Assembly (NCBI GenBank): GCA_045046875.1
Contig: JASFYY010000162.1
Span: 1 to 16,024, forward strand
Length of the DNA stretch: 16,024 nucleotides
Reading direction: 5' to 3'
From: Verrucomicrobiota bacterium
GTDB taxonomy: Bacteria > Verrucomicrobiota > Verrucomicrobiia > Verrucomicrobiales > DEV007
Shown one piece after another: positions 1 through 7,663 of the stretch; within the stretch, counting starts at the first letter, position 1, and every line of letters starts with the position of its first letter. Both the position numbers and the translations under genes were made by a program. Under the pieces are notes generated by a model. The model worked only from the letters and a program-made list of their open reading frames with translations, made no database searches and was not told the origin of the DNA.

Positions 1-120
1 TTGCAGATGGGCCATCCTTCAAGCGTGACGGTTGCGGTTAAGAAAACTATGAAAAACGAAACAAAACAGCATAGGAAGTTGAGCGGGAAACTAAATAAAT
101 TCCTCGATTTCAAGGACTGA
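1..120 (+). mobile_element. 3' end (partial CDS) of a probable HUH/Y1, REP-associated (RAYT-like) transposase
   Basis: Frame 1 is open from base 1 to TGA 118-120 and reads LQMGHPSSVTVAVKKTMKNETKQHRKLSGKLNKFLDFKD*. From memory, the LxMGHxxxVxxAV segment and a KD* end running into CCCC resemble C-termini of Y1 transposases in PVC bacteria. The catalytic HUH/Tyr region lies outside the window. Confidence 0.55.
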
Positions 121-124
121 CCCC
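112..124 (+). repeat. Element-end motif AAGGACTGACCCC (copy 1)
   Basis: The identical 13-mer occurs at 15862-15874. This copy overlaps the stop codon of the ORF at 1-120. Confidence 0.8.
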
Positions 125-126
125 CG

Positions 127-380
127 TCTCGGGTACTGGGAAAAACTGTTTACGGAGCAGAGATCGACATGGAGCTCGGCGCGCTGGATAACGGGGGGTG
201 GAGAAGTTTCTATACTGTCGCTATCAACATATGTTCACAGAGGAGGAACAAGAGAATTGTCGTTAGGAAACAGGCAGTACCCATCCCTTCGAATTGGATG
301 ATCCGCACAGTGCACCGAAGTTGCTGGAGATCAGAAGGGAATACGCGAAAGCCAACATATTGCCAGAGCATTTCCCTTGA
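127..380 (+). pseudogene. Degraded 3' fragment of an unknown gene
   Basis: Reads SRVLGKTVYGAEIDMELGALDNG, then needs a frameshift at the G6 run (193-198) into VEKFLYCRYQHMFTEEEQENCR*ETGSTHPFELDDPHSAPKLLEIRREYAKANILPEHFP*, with an in-frame TAG at 264-266. Protein-like composition only; no family recognised. Confidence 0.3.
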
Positions 381-418
381 GCGCCGACATCTACGAACTG
401 CTCATTTGGCATAAACCT

Positions 419-3181
419 TCAGGCTTTTGGAGGGTTCTCCGATTTTTCCACCACCTCCAGAGTTGCCTGCCACTCAGCGGCTTTATCAGGTTTGCTCCAG
501 CTTTGATAAAGTTTAATCAGATTGTCGATAGAGACCTTTACCCACTTCGTTCCAATTTTCGGGGCCAGGGCGTGCAGTTTTTTCTGGCTGTCCAGTAATA
601 AGGTTTCGGCTTCACTGTATTGTTTGCTCTCGGTGAGTAACCTGCCCAATTCTGCTTGTGCCATAAAAAGCCGCCAATTATCTTCTCCCTGCTTTTTTCG
701 CAAAGCGATTTCTTCACGAAATTGTTGCGTGGCTGTTTTCAGTTGCCCCGCCTTCCAGTAAGAATGCGCCATGCGTCCCATGTAATAAAGCGTGTCGGGA
801 TGAGTAGTGCCCATTTTTTTTTGTTTTACTTCCAGAGTTTTCTTTTTCATTGCCAATATCTGCCCTGTAATATTTAGCCAGATTTTACGCTGTTGTGCGG
901 CATCTTCATCGCGGTCAGCGCCTTTATACAAAGATCTAAGGGTGTCCATCGATTCAAGCGTCGTGTCATCACCCAAACCCAATACTTTCTCCAGCAGTTT
1001 CAGAGTAGGTTCATTCAAAGCCAGTGCTTCTTCATTCCGTTTGGCTTTTTGGTAGGAAAGAACGAGATCCTGCATGGTGCGAAGTGTGTCTTCATGCTCG
1101 GCCCCCAAAGTTTTTTTTTGCGATTTCAGCGTGTCTTCCAGCAGAGTGATTGATTCCTCAATACGGTCAGCATCCCGGTAAGAATAACCGAGTTGGCGTG
1201 CGGAACGGAGCGTGTCGGGGTTCGCTTTTCCCTGAGCTTTCTGTTTCAATGTCAGAATCTGTTCCAGTAGATCTATAGATTCAGGAAGACGTTTTGTTCG
1301 CTGGTAGCAAAAAACCAGGTCGTCCATGATGCGGAAGGTATACTCTTGTGTAGGCCCTAATACTTTCCTGCTTAACTCCAGAGCGTCATTGTATAATACC
1401 GTTGCTTCTTTGTCTCGCCCCGCGAACATGCAGGAAAAAGCGAGATCCATCATTGAGTAGACTGTATCCGGATGATCTCCCCCTTTGGTCCTTTTGGTTA
1501 CTTCCAACATTTCTCTACCCAAGTTTACCGCATCTTCGTTGCGATCTACGCTTTTGTAGGAAGCAACCAAAAGGGCCATCTCGGAAAGTGTGTCCGAGTG
1601 CTCGATGCCTTGCTCTTGTTTTCTCAAATTTAAAATCTCCTCGCTCATGGCGATCATCTTATCGGGACGATCTACGTTTCTGTAATAATGGGCGAGGTCT
1701 CTCATGGCATCAAGCGTGTAAGGGTGCATGGCTCCTTTGTTTTGTTTGGTCCATTCCAGTTCCTCTTCCTTTAACACCAGGATTTCTTCATCAAGAGCTC
1801 GGGCCTTTTTGTGGGAGCCTGCCAAGTAGTAAAAATTACGCAGTCGGCTCATCACGTCGAGAGTATCTAGATGATGGGTTCCCAGGATTTTTCTTTTCTG
1901 TTCCAGGGTTTTTTCCAGTAAAGGTAATGCGTCTTTATAGCGGTGTGCCTTATCGTAGCTGTTTGCCAGATTGCCCATCGATGCCAAAGTATCAGGATGC
2001 TCAGGCCCTAATGTTTTTGTGGTAATTTCCAGGGCTTTCTCGTGCCATTCTATGGCTTTTCCGTATTGATCTGCTCGCAGGTAGGTAGTGGCCAGTTTGT
2101 GCATTGCTGCAAGTGTGTCCGGGTGTCTGGGACCCTTCGTTTTTTGAATCAATTCGAAGGTCTCGGTGCGCAGGTTGAGCGCCTCTTCGTTGTGTTCTTT
2201 GCTTTGGTAGTAGCTGGCCAGTTCGTTAGATGTGTCGAGTGTCTTTTGGTGCCTTGAGCCTAGATTTTTTTTCCGTAGTTTGAGCACTTTTTCAAATTGC
2301 TTAATTGCAGCCTTGGATTCTCCCAGGTGTTCGTAGGTGCGGCCCAATGTGTATCGAATGGAGGCTTCCACCAGTGGTCGATCTACAAAAGCTTCTTCAA
2401 TTTGAGGTTCTGCGACGTTGACCGCTTCGTAAATAGTGGCGTCGATCCCCAGTCCCCCCTCCTTTTCTTTCGGTCTTGCTACTGCCAACACCTTGGCTTC
2501 AAAAAACTCCAACACGGCTTTTGCTTCCGCTGCGGCTTGTTTCGCTAGCGTTCTTTCTTTCATCGCCCATAAGGCTAAAAATGATGTCATTACAGCTACC
2601 GTGGAAACTACGGCAACCGTCGCCAGCAATCGGTTGCGCTGTCGTTTAACTTCCCGTTGTTTCAGGCGATCAAAACCCACGCCCAACATCCCGGCGATCA
2701 GCTTCAGTTTCGCATCATTTTTCCCATCACCTTCTACCCGTGCATCAGCGGCAATGGGTTCGGCGCCGTCTGCAAGTAGGGCCTCGGGAAAACAATCGGG
2801 CGGTTCTCCCTCAACAATCAGTGCATAGATTTTTTGTTTATTGCCAGGCCTTAGTTTACAGAAAATCTCTATCTCGGCATTCACGTATTGTGATGAAGCG
2901 GCGCTCGGTGAGCAGAGAACGATTAGATTTTCTGATTCCTCCAGAGCATCATGAATAGTAGCGGCAAGCGAGACTGAGGCGGGCATTTCATCCCGGTCAC
3001 GGAATATCGGTGATAGCCTGCGATTATCTTTTGATAGATCCCGCTGTAGTTTTTTGTCACTAGGATAAGCATCGAGAGGGACTACGTATCGCTCCAGAGA
3101 TCTATGCAACCACATAGCCCACTTCGCATCACGGTGCGAATAGCTGATGAAGGCTCGATAGTGTTTATTGACGGGAGGCAT
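419..3181 (-). CDS. TIR-domain / single transmembrane helix / kinesin-light-chain-type TPR repeat protein (920 aa)
   Basis: N-terminal TIR motifs YRAFISYSHRD, IFRDRDE and LIVLCSPSAASSQYVNAEI (putative catalytic E103). A basic stretch RLKQREVKRQRNR precedes a hydrophobic helix (aa ~185-206). About 12 GxxHPDTL-type repeats follow at mostly 42-aa spacing (TPR_10/TPR_12-like). Confidence 0.92.
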   Translation of the reverse strand: MPPVNKHYRAFISYSHRDAKWAMWLHRSLERYVVPLDAYPSDKKLQRDLSKDNRRLSPIFRDRDEMPASVSLAATIHDALEESENLIVLCSPSAASSQYVNAEIEIFCKLRPGNKQKIYALIVEGEPPDCFPEALLADGAEPIAADARVEGDGKNDAKLKLIAGMLGVGFDRLKQREVKRQRNRLLATVAVVSTVAVMTSFLALWAMKERTLAKQAAAEAKAVLEFFEAKVLAVARPKEKEGGLGIDATIYEAVNVAEPQIEEAFVDRPLVEASIRYTLGRTYEHLGESKAAIKQFEKVLKLRKKNLGSRHQKTLDTSNELASYYQSKEHNEEALNLRTETFELIQKTKGPRHPDTLAAMHKLATTYLRADQYGKAIEWHEKALEITTKTLGPEHPDTLASMGNLANSYDKAHRYKDALPLLEKTLEQKRKILGTHHLDTLDVMSRLRNFYYLAGSHKKARALDEEILVLKEEELEWTKQNKGAMHPYTLDAMRDLAHYYRNVDRPDKMIAMSEEILNLRKQEQGIEHSDTLSEMALLVASYKSVDRNEDAVNLGREMLEVTKRTKGGDHPDTVYSMMDLAFSCMFAGRDKEATVLYNDALELSRKVLGPTQEYTFRIMDDLVFCYQRTKRLPESIDLLEQILTLKQKAQGKANPDTLRSARQLGYSYRDADRIEESITLLEDTLKSQKKTLGAEHEDTLRTMQDLVLSYQKAKRNEEALALNEPTLKLLEKVLGLGDDTTLESMDTLRSLYKGADRDEDAAQQRKIWLNITGQILAMKKKTLEVKQKKMGTTHPDTLYYMGRMAHSYWKAGQLKTATQQFREEIALRKKQGEDNWRLFMAQAELGRLLTESKQYSEAETLLLDSQKKLHALAPKIGTKWVKVSIDNLIKLYQSWSKPDKAAEWQATLEVVEKSENPPKA

Positions 3182-3279
3182 TAGAAGATAGTCTGAATGC
3201 TATATAGTTTCATTGTTTTCATCAAGCCAATTCAGGGAAGTGAATGGCAAGCTCCAACTATGCAAAAGGCGAATTGGCA

Positions 3280-3590
3280 TTAAAACTTGGCCAACTTGGC
3301 CAACTTGGCGTCGGCCGCCTGAATGCTTTTTTGGAAGGCTTCGAACTTTTTATTATTCGCGTCGTTGCGTTCCGGTTGGGTGGCGATCCAGTCCATCAGT
3401 TCCTTTTTTGAAGCCTGGGCATCTGCATAGATTTTTTGAAAGCAGTGGCTTTAGATGGGTTTTCTTTGATGCAGGCGGCGATACCAGCTTCGCTTGTTCT
3501 CACCACGCTTTTGAACTCAGCGCTGAAAGATTTCTGAGTTTTTCCTGACTCGCGCCGAGCTGGCCGATTTTGGTTTTGCCATTGCTGTTT
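3280..3590 (-). pseudogene. Frameshifted 3' remnant of an alpha-helical protein gene
   Basis: ...KSFSAEFKSVVRTSEAGIAACIKENPSKATAFKK continues, after a 1-nt shift in the T6 run at 3432-3437, as IYADAQASKKELMDWIATQPERNDANNKKFEAFQKSIQAADAKLAKLAKF* (TAA at 3280-3282). No credible start codon. Confidence 0.45.
3284..3310. repeat. 9-bp tandem repeat AACTTGGCC x3 (last copy AACTTGGCG)
   Basis: Directly visible; encodes AKLAKLAKF on the minus strand. Confidence 0.85.
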
Positions 3591-3596
3591 GCCCCC

Positions 3597-3690
3597 CTTC
3601 AACCCCAGTTGGATAACGAAACCTCCTTCGCTGAGGCTATGGCGGGCAAGAGGGCAGCCTGGGGGTGAAAAAGCAATTCCTTAGTAGTTG
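3597..3690 (+). repeat. ~90-bp dispersed intergenic repeat, copy A
   Basis: Aligns with 8221-8313. Core ACGAAACC-TCCTTCGCTGAGGCTATGGCGGGCAAGAGGGCAG...GGTGAAAAAGCAATTCCT. Confidence 0.85.
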
Positions 3691-3702
3691 GATGGGAAAT
3701 GC

Positions 3703-4539
3703 TTATCTCGCGACTTCCGCGAAGGGAGCCGCGCTATGCCGCAATCGTTGAGGTGGAGAGGCCCATTCCCCCGGGCTGCTTTTTTGAGCAAAAACAGCCA
3801 GGCCAATAACCCCAATATTGCGGGTGTTGCCATGGCGCTGATTGGCGTAGGAAGAGGAAACCGTCGAGAATTTGAAGGCGGCTACCGCGGATTGGCTGGT
3901 GCGGAACCCTTTAACTGTGAGGGTTTTTCCCGGATAGATGATGTAACCTCGTTTGTTGTATGAAGCAGATTTACCGTCCATGACATCCAGGCCATCTACA
4001 CTGAGCACGACCTCCAGCCGTGAATGACTGATGTTTTTCACTACCAGTGAGTAGTTGCTGCCTTTATTGCCGACTATATAGCGTCGGTTTCCGGACTGGT
4101 AATTTGCCAGTGACCCCCAAGCGCCTTTAACTCCCCATTCGACCAATCCGCTGGCAGCGCGTTGCATGCCTTTCCCAGAGCTTTTTGATTTATGGGTCAT
4201 GGCGTCGATGCCAGCCTTGTCGTTATAATAGACAGAGGATGTGCCTGCGGGTCTGGAACTGGATCGAGTAAATTGGGTGTGATCAATTGGAGAAGTGAGC
4301 GACTGCCCCCAGGCAGTGGCGAGACCGCTGCGCTGTTCAACTCTGCGTTTAGCCGAGCGGGAGTCACTAGATTGATAGGCATTCGAACTCTTCGTGGTTG
4401 GAGGGGAGTAGGACGGATTGGCGTCCCCGTATTCTTTATAGACTCCACTGGGGACAGTGGTTTGACAGGATGTGATGAATGAAGCTGTGACCAATACAAA
4501 GCTTAATGAAAGGATTTTTGTTAGATTGATGGTTTTCAT
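3703..4539 (-). CDS. Conserved hypothetical lipoprotein (278 aa from the ATG at 4539)
   Basis: MKTINLTKILSLSFVLVTASFITSC is a signal peptide with a lipobox-type Cys. The C-terminal domain carries YSLVVKN..RLEVVLSVDGLDVMDG..RGYII.PG..VKGFRTS..VAAFKF..NIGVIGLAVF, a motif set I recognise from a widespread uncharacterised family. The ORF-track start at 4581 runs over the operator region and is unlikely. Confidence 0.85.
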   Translation of the reverse strand: MKTINLTKILSLSFVLVTASFITSCQTTVPSGVYKEYGDANPSYSPPTTKSSNAYQSSDSRSAKRRVEQRSGLATAWGQSLTSPIDHTQFTRSSSRPAGTSSVYYNDKAGIDAMTHKSKSSGKGMQRAASGLVEWGVKGAWGSLANYQSGNRRYIVGNKGSNYSLVVKNISHSRLEVVLSVDGLDVMDGKSASYNKRGYIIYPGKTLTVKGFRTSQSAVAAFKFSTVSSSYANQRHGNTRNIGVIGLAVFAQKSSPGEWASPPQRLRHSAAPFAEVAR

Positions 4540-4544
4540 ATTAG

Positions 4545-4560
4545 TGCTAGAAAAACAGCA
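4545..4560. promoter_or_regulatory. Putative operator 1 for the BlaI-family repressor (TGCT-N8-AGCA)
   Basis: TGCTAGAAAAACAGCA; 14/16 identical to the box at 4586-4601; 5 bp upstream of the lipoprotein ATG. Confidence 0.65.
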
Positions 4561-4580
4561 ATTGGATCGGACGTCAAACA

Positions 4581-4606
4581 TTAAATGCTAAAATAACAGC
4601 ATTTAA
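4581..4606. promoter_or_regulatory. Putative operator 2 for the BlaI-family repressor (TTAAATGCT-N8-AGCATTTAA)
   Basis: Perfect 9-bp inverted repeat upstream of the repressor gene. BlaI/MecI/CopY repressors are known to bind paired palindromes in divergent promoters. Confidence 0.7.
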
Positions 4607-4644
4607 AAATTGCCACGTCAGGTTGGATGTGGAAGATTATCCAT

Positions 4645-5016
4645 ATGAGCCGATTGGAGCAAGGTCAGATGTCGCGACGAGAGCGGCAGATAATGGATAT
4701 TGTGTATCGTTTGGGACAGGCGTCTGCGCAGGACGTGTTGGACAATTTACCGGATCCGCCGTCGTATTCTGCCGTGCGGGCCTTGATGGTTACTTTGGAA
4801 GGGAAGGGGATGGTGAAACACAGTAAAGAGTCCCGGCGATACATTTACAAACCTGCGATCACGGAACAACGGGCGAGGAAGTCGGCGGTTTCAAATTTAT
4901 TGAGTACTTTTTTTGATGGCCGGCCAGAGAAATTGGTAGCTGCTTTGTTGGCCTCAAAAGACTTGGAAATGGACGCGGCTGAGCTTGAAAAAATACGTAA
5001 GGTTTTGGATAAGTGA
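4645..5016 (+). CDS. BlaI/MecI/CopY family transcriptional repressor
   Basis: MSRRERQIMDIVYRLGQASAQDV...PSYSAVRALMVTLEGKGMV...RRYIYKP...LLSTFFDG is a typical winged helix plus dimerisation region. Probable ATG at 4645; lies directly upstream of an M56 gene. Confidence 0.95.
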   Translation: MSRLEQGQMSRRERQIMDIVYRLGQASAQDVLDNLPDPPSYSAVRALMVTLEGKGMVKHSKESRRYIYKPAITEQRARKSAVSNLLSTFFDGRPEKLVAALLASKDLEMDAAELEKIRKVLDK

Positions 5017-5038
5017 TAACCTGGATCTTGAAAAAATA

Positions 5039-6004
5039 ATGTCCTTATTTCTTACCAGTTTGGTTTTATCTGTGTTGGCCGCCTTCTGGGTGTGGATGGC
5101 AGGGCGCAGGGATCCTCTTGGTACGCCGTGGTTGACCACGTTGTGTTTGGTTTTGTTGGTGGCCTTGCCGGCATTGGCATTAATGCCCAAAGTGAATTTC
5201 CAGGTTTTGCACTCAGGATTTGCTGGTGACGGTGGAAGTGGAGCTGTCCCCTGGGGCTGGATGTTTTGGTTGGCGGGCATCGTTTTGATGGGGGCACGTC
5301 TGTTTTGGAATCATTGGGTTTTGAGCCAATGGATGAACGATTCCACCGAAGCGAAAGGTTGGAGTCCCTGTTTGAACGAGTGCGCACAAATGATGGGCTT
5401 GCAAAAAATCCCTGGAATCAGGGTGAAAGTCGGCTTGTTGTCGCCGGTAGTGGCAGGCGTGTTCAGGCCGGTGATACTAGTGCCAGCGGCGACGAAAAAT
5501 TGGGGGCAACAGACACGCAAGATGGTGATCCTGCACGAGATGGGGCATATGAAGAGGAAAGATTTATGGCTGAGGTTGGCTGCGGATGTGGCCTGCGCCT
5601 TGCATTGGTATAACCCCCTGGTGTGGTGGTTGAGGGTGAAATTACTGGTGCAGTGTGAATACGCCTGTGACGCTGCGGTAGTGGCTGCGGGTGCGGACAG
5701 GCGGAGTTATATCAGTGCCTTGTGCGATGTGGTTGAGGGAGCAGTTACAGAATCGAGGCCGCAGGGAGTTTTGGCGATGGCTGATCATGCGCCGTTAAGA
5801 TCGAGGGTAGAGAGACTGCTGGGAGGAGTGAACGTGGGACGTTCATGGTTGGCTGTGTTTGCAGCGGCGCTGACAATAGCAACGGCATTGGGTTTAAGTT
5901 TAATAAGAGCGGTTGAAAAGAACGATTTCTCTGGTGACGATAAAGAATCTATAAACCGTGAGGTTGCCTTGAGGTATAGAGCAAATCCTTTTCCGGGAAA
6001 TTAA
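5039..6004 (+). CDS. M56 family (BlaR1/MecR1-type) membrane metallopeptidase without a C-terminal sensor domain
   Basis: Three N-terminal hydrophobic helices, then SPVVAGVFRPVILVP, the zinc motif VILHEMGHMKRKD, LHWYNPLVWW, CEYACDAAVV and LRSRVERLL. One final TM helix and a ~30-aa tail follow. Probable ATG at 5039. Confidence 0.93.
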   Translation: MSLFLTSLVLSVLAAFWVWMAGRRDPLGTPWLTTLCLVLLVALPALALMPKVNFQVLHSGFAGDGGSGAVPWGWMFWLAGIVLMGARLFWNHWVLSQWMNDSTEAKGWSPCLNECAQMMGLQKIPGIRVKVGLLSPVVAGVFRPVILVPAATKNWGQQTRKMVILHEMGHMKRKDLWLRLAADVACALHWYNPLVWWLRVKLLVQCEYACDAAVVAAGADRRSYISALCDVVEGAVTESRPQGVLAMADHAPLRSRVERLLGGVNVGRSWLAVFAAALTIATALGLSLIRAVEKNDFSGDDKESINREVALRYRANPFPGN

Positions 6005-6018
6005 TTGTATCTATGCCT

Positions 6019-6124
6019 AGCACAGGGGTAAGCACTTGAAACAAATAGCTTACGATACGGGGAGGAAGATTGGTGAAGGTGGAGTTCTCTGATTCTAATA
6101 ATTCTCGAATTTAAGGGTCTCTCC
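6019..6124. mobile_element. Degenerate miniature element bounded by inverted copies of the element-end motif
   Basis: 6019-6040 AGCACAGGGGTAAGCACTTGAA matches the reverse complement of 15859-15880 at 18/22. 6104-6116 CTCGAATTTAAGG matches 103-115 CTCGATTTCAAGG at 11/13, after which the motif decays. Confidence 0.5.
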
Positions 6125-6160
6125 TTTTTTCTTCAAGAAAGTGATAACCTTCCTAGCAGC

Positions 6161-6802
6161 TTAGTTTGTAAGCCAAATGGTGTATTTCCAATTATCCTTT
6201 GGTTTCTCAAAAGTGCCAATGAAAAGAGGTGAATTGGGTCCGGGTTTTATACCAAGCATAAAATTACTGACGGAGCGCTTCGGATAGAACCATCTCTCGA
6301 GCCCTGAGATGCCAGAGTCATGTCCCTGGGCACCAAAATAGAGATACTCTTTAGAACCACGGGTCCACCTGAGCTTTCCGTAGATCAGGTATTCTCCGTG
6401 TTCTCCAATACTCGGCTTGGAACCATACAACGCAGTTATCGTAATACTTGATTTTGAGTCACGGTTCTCGATTTTTTGGCGTGCTGATATTTTATAAGGA
6501 AAGCGTTTAGCGAGCTCGCCTGTATATTTTCCGGTAATTTCAGACTCGGTATCAATACTCCTTATTTCTGCTACTCTATCTTGTTTGACAATCGTCATTT
6601 TCTCGGTCTCCGCTCTGCGGGAGTGACTCGGCATCTTTTCTGAAGCTGCAATGGCTGCAGTCCGCTCCCTCTCCAAAATCCCATCATTGAGGGAATTTTG
6701 TATCGTGTTGGAAGTCTCCTTACCCGCTTGATCAGCCGATTCTGTACAAGCCGCCAAAAGAGAGATTAGTAATCCGAAACTTACGACAAATATAATTTTC
6801 AT
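6161..6802 (-). CDS. Hypothetical lipoprotein (213 aa)
   Basis: MKIIFVVSFGLLISLLAAC is a signal peptide with a canonical LAAC lipobox. No family recognised. Confidence 0.8.
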   Translation of the reverse strand: MKIIFVVSFGLLISLLAACTESADQAGKETSNTIQNSLNDGILERERTAAIAASEKMPSHSRRAETEKMTIVKQDRVAEIRSIDTESEITGKYTGELAKRFPYKISARQKIENRDSKSSITITALYGSKPSIGEHGEYLIYGKLRWTRGSKEYLYFGAQGHDSGISGLERWFYPKRSVSNFMLGIKPGPNSPLFIGTFEKPKDNWKYTIWLTN

Positions 6803-7020
6803 AGAGCTCTTGAGGTAGAAGATCGCTTGCCTAATGCTCCCTGTAGCATCCTGCCAAGCAAAACCACCTTACTAACTACTTCAAAAAACGCAAATGCAGA
6901 ACTAGATTTATCATTGTTTCTCAACACAAGCCCCTCTTCTAGGAGATGCCGTTCACCTTTGCTTCGAGCGCGGACAACCATGCCAAGAAAGATAAAGCAG
7001 ATACACAGGACTTGCGTGAA
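6799..7020 (-). pseudogene. Possible N-terminal remnant of an exported protein
   Basis: The frame reads FTQVLCICFIFLGMVVRARSKGERHLLEEGLVLRNNDKSSSAFAFFE..., a signal-peptide-like segment followed by a helix-like stretch. It is preceded by an in-frame TAG rather than a start codon. Confidence 0.25.
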
Positions 7021-7128
7021 CTAACTGAGGAATTGTCCTCTTTTTGTCAGGATGAGGGATTCAGGGGCATCTAGCATCCAGCCACTTAGCGAGGTATGAT
7101 CAGGATAAAATAAGCGGTGTATTCCATT

Positions 7129-7563
7129 TTAACGGGGGAAAATAGATTGGGGTGCTTTGTAGTCATCCCAAATTCCATGCCACCAGACATCAGTGGTAAA
7201 GTAGGCGTGCGTGACGATGAACCACCGATTCCGTTTTTTCTTTAACAGAGCTACTGTCAATTCATCAGCGAAATCCGCATCATCCTCAAATACGGTTCCT
7301 TTGTAATTAATCTTGCCACCATCTTTTGTCTTTGGTGTGGCGATTAAAAAAGCCCAGTCGCCTTCCACCTTCATATGGTCCACAACGAAAATTACTTTTT
7401 GGTGAATACTTGCCTCCAGAGGATCCCGAACGGCATCAAGGATATTCATCCGCTCCTTTGCCCCTGGCTCAGGGGTGCGAGGTGCGGCCTGTCCTGCTGA
7501 AACGGCAAAAACCGTCAGGGAGAAAAGAAAAAATGATACTCGAAAGCTTTCCCTGTATTTCAT
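7129..7563 (-). CDS. Small secreted conserved hypothetical protein (144 aa)
   Basis: Signal peptide ending in AGQA. The pattern TPEPGAKERMNILDAVR..VIFVVDHMKVEGDWAF..ALLKK resembles a widespread uncharacterised family. Confidence 0.85.
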   Translation of the reverse strand: MKYRESFRVSFFLFSLTVFAVSAGQAAPRTPEPGAKERMNILDAVRDPLEASIHQKVIFVVDHMKVEGDWAFLIATPKTKDGGKINYKGTVFEDDADFADELTVALLKKKRNRWFIVTHAYFTTDVWWHGIWDDYKAPQSIFPR

Positions 7564-7663
7564 GCCGGCAAATTTAATTCGAGAACATCCCGTTCGTCAA
7601 CAGGCTTGATCAGTTATTGCCTGCTCGTAGGTCCAGTCACCTGCGCACAGGCGGAGTCTTGAA

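Noticed and set aside
169..414. 81-aa ORF from the ORF track as an intact gene
   Set aside because: Only its first ~10 codons look protein-like. The region is better explained as a frameshifted fragment.
377..2958. Numerous plus-strand ORFs (up to 207 aa)
   Set aside because: Antisense shadows of the TIR-TPR gene with no recognisable motifs.
3213..3548. 111-aa plus-strand ORF containing TWPTWPTW
   Set aside because: Antisense to the minus-strand remnant; the periodicity is just the 9-bp tandem repeat.
4645..6004. Calling this a blaI-blaR1 beta-lactam resistance locus
   Set aside because: There is no penicillin-binding sensor domain and no beta-lactamase or PBP gene, so only family-level names are supported.
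7027..7045. Hairpin GAGGA-ATTG-TCCTC followed by T5 as a terminator or another element end
   Set aside because: The stem is only 5 bp, no credible plus-strand gene ends here, and the match to the end motif is too weak.
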